This document shows, piece by piece, positions 42,828 to 55,985 of a stretch of DNA of 64,000 nt (position 1 is the first letter of the stretch; each line of letters starts with the position of its first letter). The notes under the pieces were generated by a model. It did no database searches, had not been told where the DNA came from, and saw only the letters and a list, made by a program, of their open reading frames with translations. Position numbers and translations under genes: made by a program. The stretch covers positions 197,284,001-197,348,000 of the forward strand of contig OX597814.1 in NCBI GenBank assembly GCA_951406725.2, read 5' to 3'. Source of the stretch: Octopus vulgaris (taxonomy: Eukaryota).

Positions 42828-43760
42828 TTGGTGGCTGGCAGAATCGTTAGTACGGTGGGGGAAAAACTGCTTAACATTACGTTCTGTTTCTTTTTTTTTT
42901 TACGTTCGAAGTTCAGATTACCCTGAGGTCCCTTCGCTTGTCTTCATTTCGGAATCTATAAATTAAGTACCAGTTGAACACTAGGGTCGATGTAATCGAT
43001 TCACCCACGGCCCCCACCCCGAGAAATTGTTGTCCTTGTGCAAAAATTTGAAGTCAGTCAGGTGGTGAGCTGGCAGAATCGGCAGCACGCCAAGGAAATT
43101 GCTCAACAGCATTTTGTCCGTGTTTACGTTCAGTGTTCAAATTCTACCGAGATCAGATTTGCTTTTCGACCTTCGGGGGTGTCGATAAAATAAGTACCTG
43201 TTGATCACTGGAGTCGTTATAATAGACTTGCTCACTCACGAAAATTGCTGGCTTTGTTCCAAAATTTGAAACTAAAATTGATTAAAAGCGTGAGAAGGAA
43301 AATAAAAATCGATGATTGATAGTCTACATACAACAAAAAAGAATTATAAAAATTAATAGAATAAGAAAAATGGCATATTTTTCTTCTTTCTTGCATAGAC
43401 CTCGTTTCGAAGCCTTCAAAGAAGGGTTTTACCAAAATGTCAAAACACAGCTCCTTTCTCTGCATTCAAACTTACCATATACGTTATTATTGTCTGGAAA
43501 CCAAGGAAGGTGAGCTGGCAGGATCGTTAGCATGCTTGAAGAGATGCTTAGTGGTATTTCGCCCGTCGGTATGTTTTGAGTTCAAATTCCACCGAGGTCG
43601 ACTTTGCCTTTGGATTCGATAAATTAAATACCAGTTACGCACTTGGGTCGATGTAAACAACTAGCCCTTGCCGCAAAATTTCAGGCATTGTGCCTATAGC
43701 AGAAAGAGTTATTATTGTCAGGAAACTAAGGCAGGTGATGTGGCATAATCAGTAGCACAG
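42828..43760 (+). mobile_element. Cluster of three to four old family B SINE copies in tandem orientation
   Basis: GGTGAGCTGGCAGAATCG-type heads at ~42830, 43061, 43508 and 43733, with GGGTCGATGTAATCGA-type bodies. Confidence 0.75.
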
Positions 43761-44151
43761 CGAACGAACTGCATACTTTTTTTTTTCATTTGTTTCAGTC
43801 ATTTGACTGCGGCCATGCTGGAGCACCGCCTTTAGTCGAGCAAATCGACCCCAGGTCTTATTCTTTGTAAGCCTAGTACTGACTCAATCGGTCTCTCTTG
43901 CCGAAAATTGCAGAAAATTAACTCAGTCCATTTCTTGAACTTTCTTCTGCTCTATATTTGCAGTCGCAGAACAACAGGTTGTTATTTTTTCGTATTCACC
44001 TCTTTTCACACTAAAGAAATTATCTGTAAATCCAAGTGTTTCCATATTACTTGCTATTTAACCTCTGTTTATAGCACAGTAATTACGTTACAAGACGCGA
44101 TATATATAATTTAAATGTTTCATACATCATGAATTGCACACACAAACATGT

Positions 44152-44191
<40 letters not shown>

Positions 44192-44256
44192 ATATACTAT
44201 ACTATGCTATACTATCAAATCAACTCAACGTATATTTTATTATTTTCTGTTCACAG

Positions 44257-44316
44257 GTGCCGATATTGATTTCGAAATACTGAAATTATACATTTGAAAA
44301 CAAAAACAAATCTAAG
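44257..44316 (+). other. Candidate 60-nt non-coding exon
   Basis: Acceptor TATTTTATTATTTTCTGTTCACAG|G and consensus donor AAG|GTAAGT; stops in all three frames. Confidence 0.4.
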
Positions 44317-45439
44317 GTAAGTTTTGAAATTAAAGTATTTAAGATATTGTGAATTATAATCGCTGCTTTATTTCCGGATATTATTAGCTTAATCGATTCT
44401 CTTCAGTATATACATATTATGAAGGGACATAGATTTGTGGTTAGGGTATTTGATTCTTAGCGGTATAGATGACACTTCTACAAAAAACAAATCGTTTCAA
44501 CTTACGTGTTCACATCAAGGAATCTCGCCAAACCAATACCAAAACGAAATATATTCATCGATAACTAGAATTTGTTTTGTTTTGTTTTTTTTGTTTTGTT
44601 TTTTTTTAAAGTAGCCCAAAATTATATTTCTAATTAAACTACAGAATTTAACATATGGTTTGTACAAATGAGTAAAACATCTTTACAGATAAAGGATTTT
44701 CAACTGGAAATATCGAACAGCCCTAATTAACGACCTAATTACAATAGATAACACTAATTACGTCTAGTATACCTTTACGAAACGAAGGTTGCTCATTAGC
44801 AGTGAAAATAACGAACTAGATTAATCGAAAAATAAATGATCGTTAGTGATTGAAGTTACGGTAGCGGAAAGTGTTTTTCATTGTATTTCGTATAAATTCT
44901 TGTTTGAAAAGACGCGTAGTTGTTACTTTGAAAACTACAGTTCAGTTACGTATGCAGTTTGGCAATTTCTTTAAAATGTGCCAAGTATATCTTTGACTTG
45001 CTTCAATTATTGGACAGCGGTCACACTGGGCCACCGCGCTTGAAGGGTTTTAGTCGAACAATTCTTTAAAGCCTGGTAATTATTTCTACTGGTGTCTTTT
45101 GCTGAAACCAACGCACTTTACCAAGCGATGTTGAGGGGGAAAAAGAACCGACACATACAACTAGTTTTCACACAGTTTTTGTCTACCAAATTCATTCACA
45201 AGGAATTGGTCGATTCTGCGCTATACTTGGAGACACTTGCCAAAAATTCCGTACTGTGAGACTGAACCCGACACTACATGATGGCAAAACTAGCTTATTC
45301 ACCAACAACCATATTTGCGTCTTCGAAATTACATTAATTCTTAATGTATTAGATGTAAATATAAATACGTGAATATTTACTTGCGCAGCAATATGTGAGG
45401 TTGGAGCGAGCAAAGCAGAGTTAGCAGATCCGTTAAATT

Positions 45440-45797
45440 ATTTTCTACTCTAGGCACAAGACCCGAAATTTTGGGGTGACGGGGCCAGTCGATTAAATCG
45501 ACCAGAGTATGCAACAGGTACTTAATTTATCGACCCCGAAAGGATGAAAGGCAAAGGTGGAATTTGAACTCGGCGGAATTTAAACTCAGAACGTAAAGAC
45601 AGACGTAAAAGCGCTTAGCATTCCGCTCGGCGTGCCAACGCTTCTTACTTCTTTATTGCTCACAAGGGGCTAGACATAGAGGGGACGAACAAGGACAGAC
45701 AAAGGGATTAAGTCGATTACATCGACCACAGTGCGTAACTGGTACTTAATTTATCGATCCCGAAAGTATGAAAGGCTAAATCGACCTCGGTGGAATT
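45440..45797 (-). mobile_element. Chimeric family B SINE (young body joined to old-subfamily copy)
   Basis: Junction at ~45643, GGCGTGCCAACGCTTC|TTACTTTCTTTATTGC; old tail TTCTACTCTAGGCACAAG at ~45442. Confidence 0.75.
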
Positions 45798-46049
45798 TTC
45801 ATTTTTTGATGAAAATAAATGAGTATTTTTTCGTAATTGTATACCAACTTTTGCACCACCCGGTCCATATTTGTGGGTAAGTATTTGGGGCGTGCGTGCG
45901 AATGAGCGTTTATCCTCCTGTGATGGAAATCTTCAAAAGACGTAAACAACAAGAAAAAAGAAATTGTTCTTGGGAACGAACACTCTTGTGATATTTGTTC
46001 CGCCGCCGTTATGTAGAGACACCCTTGTTACTTTCTCCATCGTAAAATT

Positions 46050-46458
46050 AATACCTATTTCTTTACTAACCAAAGAGGCTAAACATAGAGGGAACAAACA
46101 AGGACAGACAAACGGTTTAGGTCGATTACATCGACGCCAGTGCGTAACTAGTACTTAATTTATCGACCCCGAAAAGATGAAAGGCAAAGTCAACCTCGGC
46201 GGAATTTGAAGTCAGAACGTAACGGCAGACGAAATACTACCCACAAGGGGCTAAACACAGTGGGGACAAACAAGGGCAAACAAACGGATTAAGTCGATTA
46301 TATCGATGCCAGTGCGTAACAGGTACTTAATTTGTCAACCCCGAAAGGATGAAAGGCAAAGTCGAGCTCGGCGGAATTTGAACTCAGAACGTAACGGCAG
46401 ACGAAATATGGCTACGCATTTCGCCCGGCGTGCTAACGTTTCTGCCAGCTCGCTGCCT
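46050..46458 (-). mobile_element. Family B SINE dimer with TSD
   Basis: TSD TCTCCATCGTAAAAT(T/G)AA(T/C)ACC at 46034-46055 and 46461-46482. Confidence 0.9.
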
Positions 46459-46944
46459 TATCTCCATCGTAAAATGAACACCATAGAACCTGGTCATTGG
46501 CTTGTTGCAAACCTGTATCTACTGATATTACTGTTCTCAATATGCGACATAAACTGAAAATTCTTAAAATGATAACTAACTAATCACCAGATACTCATTA
46601 TTCGTCACGAAGCTTTTAATGCAGGCTGATACTCTCTTAACTACTCCTGTTACAATAATTTAAAGGACATTTACGCATCTCTCACCAATTATTGGATTTT
46701 ATACTTCAATATACTTTCAACACTAACACGTCATTAATGTAACAATCAATTCTATTAAGAACCAATAAATTTGCTGAAATTTGACCAGTTCAACAGCGTT
46801 CATAATTCATTTGAATTTTTAAAATGTTCTTCAATTCTGTAATTGACACCGTTTGAATGAGAGCTTTCAGTGTCCATCATCGCTGATGTTGATACTTCGA
46901 GACAACGTTTTCTAGCGAATTGAAATTTCTTATAACAAATTTAG

Positions 46945-47371
46945 AATACCTATTTCTTTACTACCCACAAGGGGCTAAACACAGAGGGGACAAACAAGGA
47001 CAGACAAACGGATTAGGTCGATTATATATTAAGTGCGTAACTGGTACTTATTTAATCGACCCCGAAAAGATGAAAGGCAAAGTCGACCCCGATGGAATTT
47101 GAACTCAGAACGTAGTGGCAGGCGAAACACCTATTTCTTTACTACTTTACTACCCACAAGGGGCTAAACACAGGGAGGACAAACAAGGATAGACAAACGG
47201 ATTAAGTCAATTACATCGACCCCAGTGTGTAACTGGTACTTAATTTATCGACCCCGAAAGGATGAAAGGCAAGGTCGACCTCGGCGGAATTTGAACTCAG
47301 AACATAACGGCAGACAAAATACCGCTAAGCATTTCGCCCGGCGTGCTAACGTTTCTGCCAGCTCACCGCCT
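46945..47371 (-). mobile_element. Family B SINE dimer with TSD
   Basis: TSD AAATTTAGAATACCTA at 46937-46952 and 47374-47389. Confidence 0.9.
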
Positions 47372-47773
47372 TAAAATTTAGAATACCTACTTTCTTCCTC
47401 TGGTACTGCCAACGACTAATACGCTGCGTGAGCTGTTTATTGTATTAGGTATTGATTGCATATGGCTTAAATAGTCTGCTTTATATCGAAGACGATGAAC
47501 TGTTAACACGCCGGGCAAAATGCTTAGCGACATTTCGTCCCGCTTTACGTTCTAAGTTCAAATGTAATCGAGGTCGACTCTGCTTTTCGTACTTTCAGGC
47601 TCGATAAAATAAGTGCTAGTTGAGTAGGCTGCTCTGTTGATTAGATCAACTGGAAACCCCGCCCGTCGGTGTAACCGACGGAGTACCTTGCTTCCTATTT
47701 ATTTTAATGTAATCGACTTACCATTTCCATCAAAATTGCGGGCCTTGTGCCAAAATTTGAAGCTGATATGTTG

Positions 47774-48011
47774 AATACCTATTTCTTTACTACCCACAAG
47801 GGGCTAAACACAGAGAGGAGAAACAAGGACAGACAAAATGATTAAGTCGATTATATAGACCCCAGTGCGTAACTGGTACTTATTTAATCGACCCCGAAAG
47901 GATGAAAGGCAAAGTCGACCTCGGCGGAATTTGAACTCAGAACGTAACGGCAGACGAAATACGGCTACGCATTTCACCCGGCGTGCTAACGTTTCTGCCA
48001 GCTCGACGCCT
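47774..48011 (-). mobile_element. Family B SINE monomer with TSD
   Basis: TSD ATATGTTGAATACC at 47766-47779 and 48013-48026. Confidence 0.92.
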
Positions 48012-48534
48012 TATATGTTGAATACCGTATATGCGAAGGCGCGAGGCCTATTGGTTAGAGAGTTACCCTCACGATACCAAGAACATTGTTTCGATTTACG
48101 TACCGGGCGGTACGTTGTGTTTTTAAGGAAACACTGCATTTTACATTGCTCTACGACCACATCGACATTTAACACGTGACACACTGTGTACTTGCGCTAG
48201 CAATGTCAATCTGTTGAAATGAGTGTGATAATGTACAGCGCAAACATCCTTGTAAACAAATTATTTCCGTAGGTTTTTCAGTAAAAAATTGCCGTAACTT
48301 CAGCTGTCGTTTACGACAACTGTACCCACTCATATAACCACATGTATTATATATAACCTATGTATATAGTATATTGTTACGAGCTGTGCTCTGAGGCTAT
48401 TTGAAACTTCCAAATGAATTGTGTGTTTGATGGGACGTGGACTCGGTTTAACGGGGTTAGATACAGTCCAAATTCTGTAGACCTTTGTAGGATTCATGCC
48501 GTCTTTTGTTATTGTTTTGGGGGCTTCAGTTATC

Positions 48535-48883
48535 AATCCTTTCTACAATAGGCACACGGTCTGGTACTTCATTTATCAACCCCGAAAGGATAAAAGGCAT
48601 AGTCGACCTCGGCGGAATTTGAACTCAGAACGTAGCGACGGGCGAAATACCTATTTCTTTACTACCCACAAGGGGCTAAACACAAGGGGACAAACAAGGA
48701 CAGACAAACGGATTAAGTCGATTACATCGACCCCAGTGCGTAACTCGTACCTAATTTAGCGACCCCGAAAGGATGAAAGCCAGAGTTGACCTCGGCGGAA
48801 TTTGAACTCAGAACGTAACGGCAGACGAAATACGGCTACGCATTTCGCCCGGGCGTGCTAACGTTTCTGCCAGTTCGCCGCCT
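48535..48883 (-). mobile_element. Family B SINE chimeric dimer
   Basis: Old-type tail (TTCTACAATAGGCAC) unit joined at GAAATACC|TATTTCTTT (~48645) to a young full unit with head. Confidence 0.85.
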
Positions 48884-48934
48884 TTTGGGCGCTTTTGGCT
48901 GCTCTTTTATCTTACAGACCCTGCACCGTGTTAA

Positions 48935-49252
48935 GGTGTGTGGCTGAATGGTTAGGTGTTCAGCTCACGATTACACTACCGTGAGTTCGATCTCTGGCGA
49001 CGCGTTGTGTCATCATGCATAACTTTTCATTTCAGATTGATCCAGTTGAAAAAAAAAAAAACAATGAGTAATAACTGTATTTCAAAGGGCCAACGATGTC
49101 ACATTCTGTGTAACGCTGAATCTCCCTGAGAACTACGTTAAGTGTACAAGTGTCCGTGGAGTACTCAACCACTTTCACGTTAATACCATGAGCAGGCTGT
49201 TCTGTTGATCAGATCAACTGGAAATCCCACCGTTGTAACGACGGAGTACCTT
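48935..49252 (+). mobile_element. Degenerate tRNA-headed SINE with tail type 3
   Basis: TGGCTGAATGGTTAG...GAGTTCGATC head; CTGAATCTCCCTGAGAACTACGTTAAG...GTAACGACGGAGTACC tail. Confidence 0.7.
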
Positions 49253-49821
49253 GTATCCTATTCATTTAAATATCAAAATTCTTCCAGTTTAACAGCTTTT
49301 CCCACTTCCTTCCGGGCAATCGAAGTAGATACGCCGTGAGAGTGATCCTGGAACCACAAGGTTATGAAGTGTGCTTCTTAACTGTACAGCCATAATTAAC
49401 TATATGTTAGTTCTGTGTCTCTACTTCTCTCTCTCTCACACACAACACACACTACTCTCCTTTCTTTTCACCTCTTTCTTGTTAGAAATCGATAATATCT
49501 CGACCAAGGTTAATGAGAAGAGCATGCTATTGTCTAAGCACGTTCATCACTATTTCCTGTGTCAAATGTCATTAACTTCAATTTCACTTTGTTTGATTCT
49601 TCTTCTTCTTCTTCTGTTACTATTACTTGTTGTTCTTCTTTCTTCTTCTTCTTCTTCTTCCACGTTCTCTCGCTCTCCCTTTTCCAACACATGCATTTAT
49701 CGAACTAACTAATATTTATAGACACCCTTCTCTCCTTTCTCTCTGCCTTCACAGACACACACGTATTTATATATATACATATATATATATATGTGTGTCT
49801 GTGTCTGCCTATATGTGTGTG

Positions 49822-49866
<45 letters not shown>

Positions 49867-49959
49867 TTGTATTTTATAAATACATATGTACATACATATG
49901 TACGCATATATGTATATTTATATATTTATATACACAAACATTCACAAACACATATGTAT

Positions 49960-50027
<68 letters not shown>

Positions 50028-50680
50028 TAATTTGGCATCCAACTTTTCTAGAGCAGATTAAATGACTACCTCATACTCCCATCAACATTACTACCGTACA
50101 AATCATAAATGCATTTGTGGTTACCCTGTCAGAAGGCCACCACCCTTCTACCATCGTTAACATAGGGCTATTCGCGCTGGGCCAAATGTTAGTGCTATTT
50201 CTTCAGAATTGTTAGCTCGCCGGGCGAAATGCTTAACGGAATTTCGTCGGTTTTTACGTTCTGAGTTCAAACTTCCCCGACTTCGACTTTGTCTCTCATT
50301 AATTCTGGGTCGATAAGTTAAGTACAAAAACAGCGCTGCCCTAAGATTTTAACCCAATATAGAGCTATTCGTACCGGACAAAATCATTAGTGGCATTCCA
50401 TTCGCCTTTATGCTACAAGTTCAAACTTCGCCGCGGTCGACATTGTCTTTCCAAATAAATACTAGTGTAACTCCGAGGCCAACATAATCAAGTTTCCCTC
50501 CCCTAGATTTGCTGGCCTTGTTCCAAAACTGGAAATCCAATTCCTCTTCTTTTTAAATTCCCTTACATCAAAACGCTAAATATTTCAACCAACTTAGATT
50601 TAAAGTTTTAGAAGTACTGGAGCAATGAAGGAACTTGTACGTTGTCCTATCTACGTAGAAACAGCAACAAACATTGTATA

Positions 50681-51100
50681 GGCGCAGGAGTGGCTGTGCG
50701 GTAAGTAGCTTGTTTAACAACCACATGGTTTTGGGTTCAGTCCCACTGCGTGGCATCTTGGGCAAGTGTCTTCTGCTATAGCCTCGGGCCGACCAAAGCC
50801 TTGTGAGTGGATTTGGTAGACGGAAACTGAAAGAAGCCCGTCGAATATATGTATGTATGTATATATATATATATGCGTGTGTGTGTTTGTGTGTCTGTGT
50901 CTGTCACCCTAGCATTGCTTGACAACCGATGCTGGTGTGTTTATGTCCCCGTTACTTAGCGGTTCGGCAAAAGAGACCGATAGAATAAGTACTGGGCTTA
51001 CAAAAGAATAAGTCCCGGGGTCGAGTTGCTCGATTAAGGGCGGTGCCCCAGCATGGTCGCAGTCAAATGACTGAAACAAGTAAAAGAGTAAAAGAGAGAG
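50681..51100 (+). mobile_element. Full-length family A SINE
   Basis: Near-identical to 25104-25510. Confidence 0.92.
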
Positions 51101-52249
51101 AGTATTGAAAATCAGACCCTAACATCTTAGAAGAGTAGATAATGTTGTCCGAGAATTATTTTCAATTTTCGGCACAAAGCCAGCAATTTTGTGGAGGGTT
51201 TAAATTGATTACATCGATTCCAGTGCCCAATGGTACTTACTTTATCGACACCGAAAAGTGGAGAGAAGTAAAGGCGACCGCGGCAGCATTTGAATGCTGG
51301 TAAACATATTGTCCGGCGTGCTGACGATTCTTCGGGCTCGCCACTTTCCATTAATTAATACTGATATTACGGCGGTTGCTTTAGTTATGTTATTTATTGC
51401 GTTGGATGCAGCTTTGGTTTTCTAACATTTTTATTAGCTCATATTTCATTTAAGCACACTGTTATTGTTACTATTTTAGCAAGATTACGAAAAATTTATC
51501 TAAGACTAATAATTGAAGCATCAATTCATTGAGGTCTTAGGCCTTCAAAAACACTAGTTGAAGTAGTGGAAGTGTTTTTGTCTTTTTTTTAGGCCAGAAT
51601 TACAAAATGCTTGCTATTGCAAGCAGGTCGAGTAACAGCACAAATGCTTTCTATTTGACATATTTTTGTCGAATTTGTTAATGCTATTGTGGTTGTTGTA
51701 GTTTTTGTCTTGCTAGGGACCAGCGCTTGTGACTATTAGCGCCATCAAACCTATAGCACTGATGGAAATGATGAATGTCTAAGCGCCGTCTTTTGATCTA
51801 GCGCATTGCTACTAAAATACGAGATGTCCGTAGAGATATGAGATGCGTTGCTTCAGGTTAAACTTAAAATTCAATTGATAGCATCATAATTATGTCAATG
51901 CAGCTGTTGAAATATTTAGGACTTACAGGTGATTCGGGCTTTGTTCAGCGAAGTAACTTGCTGACTCAGGTTGTTTATGCTCGAAGCTTCGTCGAAATTG
52001 AATAAGAAAAAAATATTGGATCACACGTGATAGGAACATTGAATGTTGACTCTGCAAAATATCTGTTTCATTTTCTAGAAAATAAATGTTGAATTTAACA
52101 GTGACACAGCTGAATAATCTGTCTGTAGTATTTATATGTGTCGAACTTGTGCACATGAGTCGTAGAATTTAAATATATATGTATATAGATACACACACAG
52201 AGAAGTGGCATGCATATATAAATGTACATAAATACATACATATATATAT

Positions 52250-52297
<48 letters not shown>

Positions 52298-52300
<3 letters not shown>

Positions 52301-52602
52301 GGCTCAATGGTCCAGTGGTTAAGGCAGCGGACTCGCGGTCGTAGGATCGCGGTTTCGATTGCCAGACCAGGCGTTGTGAGTGGTTATTGAGCAAAAACGC
52401 CTTAAAGCTCCCCAAGTCTTCGGCAGGGGTGGTGGTGACGATCCCCGCGGTACTCTTTCGTCAAAACTTTCTCTCACTCTTTCTTCTGTTGGCCTGCTCG
52501 TTTGAACAGCGGGGTGGCGTCATTTGAAAGCTAAAACAATACGAAGCGCATTGTGACCAGCGATGTGTAGCAACATCTGATAGCCTGGTCGGTCACGGTG
52601 AT
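52298..52602 (+). mobile_element. Family C SINE (tail type 2)
   Basis: Family C head with the GGCCTGCTCG...CTGATAGCCTGGTCGGTCACGGTGAT tail. Confidence 0.85.
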
Positions 52603-52787
52603 ATATATATGTAATATTTGTAAACAAACGCGGAAGACTTTGTAAGTTAGGGAGGCGAGTTAGCGTTGATTTGTGGGTTCGATTCTGGCTGGGGGTTTGG
52701 TCATCATTTTTCAGTTATTTGTTTGCATTTATAAATTGTCGCTTTAAATCAGAGAATGAAATATTATTATGATATATTATTATACAG

Positions 52788-53540
<753 letters not shown>

Positions 53541-54479
53541 TGAAATATTCCTTTTATTTGCCTCTGATTTTCTATGACAGTTTTAGATACTGAAATCTTT
53601 TTCTTACTCGTACCAGTTTCTCTAAATCCTTTCAATTCACTCTTAATTACGGGCATGTATGAACATATACTTCTTCCATCGATAATCTCATTCTCTCTAC
53701 GGGAATTTTTCATACCAATCCCGATATCCTTTGAAAGTCTTCGCTTCACGTTTTGATCTTTATTTTTCTTTTTATATAATTTTTCAATTGATTTATTTAG
53801 ATTCTTTTTTCCATCATTCCTTCTCTAATTCCTCTTCTTCGAAATCTCAGAAAGAAAAGAACCACATACTAACTGCTTTTTCCATCCATTTAAGCTATCT
53901 TTTATATATTTATTCTCCCGATTTTCAACTACCTCAATATTTTATTAAAATACCTTACATAACACTTATTTTGTACTTTCTCAGTTTCATTCCATATACA
54001 TTATTTCTCTTCCATTGCTAAAGATTCTTTTTTTCTTTTTCATACAATCACAAATTCTGCATCTCTTTCTTCCCTACTGGTATCTCATCTCCCTCTATCT
54101 TTTACGTTATTCCTACCGTTATTTCATCTTCTTCACCACCCGACAGTAGTCTCCGAAGAACTTGTTAAACATTAGCCATCTATTTACAGCAGTTTTTCCC
54201 TCACACGCTGAAACGTAGTCCTCGATTTCACTAATATTTCGCTTCCATTATCTGAATCTAACTACTTATATTGTTATCGAAATGACAAGAGTATACATAC
54301 CTAGCTGCTGCGCACGCATGCACGCTCGTGCAGACACACATACTCATATAAGTTTGAGATACCATATAATGTATATACCATACTGTGCAACAGCGTATAT
54401 ATGCAACTTATATCTAGAGATAAATATATGTACTTGTGTATATATATATATATATATATATGTACATATGAAGACATAT

Positions 54480-54542
<63 letters not shown>

Positions 54543-54621
54543 TATATCATATATCCATATCATGTACATGTTTTTATATATGTATCTATGTATATACGCC
54601 ATATCTATCTATCTCTTTCTC

Positions 54622-54667
<46 letters not shown>

Positions 54668-54892
54668 GAGAGAGAGATATGCATATATATATATACACAT
54701 ATATATATATACACACATATATATATATATATATATACATATGAATATATATATACATATATGCATATATATATACATATGCATATATATACATATATAT
54801 ATACATATACATATATATATATATACATATGCATATATACGTATATATATATACATATACATATATATATATATATACATACACATATACAT

Positions 54893-54927
<35 letters not shown>

Positions 54928-54929
54928 AA

Positions 54930-54976
<47 letters not shown>

Positions 54977-55524
54977 CGTACATAACACGTACTTCATAAA
55001 TATACAATGTTCAGTTAGAATCGTTTTCGTTTCCCCACCGCAATTTCACGTTTTTAAATCTCTTAACACAATAACGTCAATTCCATTCCCTTCTCAGCAG
55101 GTTATACATTTTGTAAGAGACATCTTGTACCAAATACATTATTTATTCGCTAAAGGTTTTCATCATGTCCTCCTCATTACAACCTCTCTTACTCTCTCTC
55201 CTCTTTCTCCCTATTCTTTTCTTGCTTCTTTTATTTCGTTTTCCATTATTTTTATTCCACCAGTATGTCTTTTCTTTTCTTTTTTTTCTAATAAAAACTC
55301 ATATCCAATGCTGACCTACGAGATATTTGAGAGAGTAGGAAAGAGTACATCGAGTCTATGGACGATATGGCACATTGCATTGCATACATAAAATAAAGTG
55401 CCAGTTAAGCAGATATCTGTGATATTCTATCTTATTATATATATATACAATTAGTTCTTTTCTTCATATGTAAACGTAATTTTCTATGAAAGAAAATATA
55501 ATCGAATCTATGTATAGTGGATTC

Positions 55525-55985
55525 TTTTCTAATCTAGGCACAAGGCCCGAAGTTTTGGGGTTACTGACCTGTCGTTTAGATCAACACAAGTACGCAACAG
55601 GTACTTAATTTATCGATTCTGAAAGGATGAAAAGCAAAGTCTTCCTCGGCGGAATTTGAACACAGAACGTTAAAACAGACGAAATACCGCCAAGAATCTA
55701 GCCCGACGTGCTAATGTTTCTTATTTCTTTACTACCCACAAGGGGCTACACACAGAGGGGACAAACAAGGACACTCAAACGGATTAAGTCGATTATATCG
55801 ACCCCAGTGCGTAACTGGTACTTATTTAATCGACACCGAAAGGGTGAAAGCCATGTACTCACAAGGCTTTGGTCGGTCCGAGGCTATAGTAGAAGACACT
55901 TGCCTAAGGTGCCACGCAGTGGGACTGAACCAGGAACCATGTAGTTCGTAAGCAAGCTACTTAACACACAGCCACTCCTAAGCCT
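55525..55985 (-). mobile_element. Compound of old family B, young family B body and family A head
   Basis: Junction GTGCTAATGTTTC|TTATTTCTTTACTACCCAC at ~55720; family A head at 55855-55985. Confidence 0.8.
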
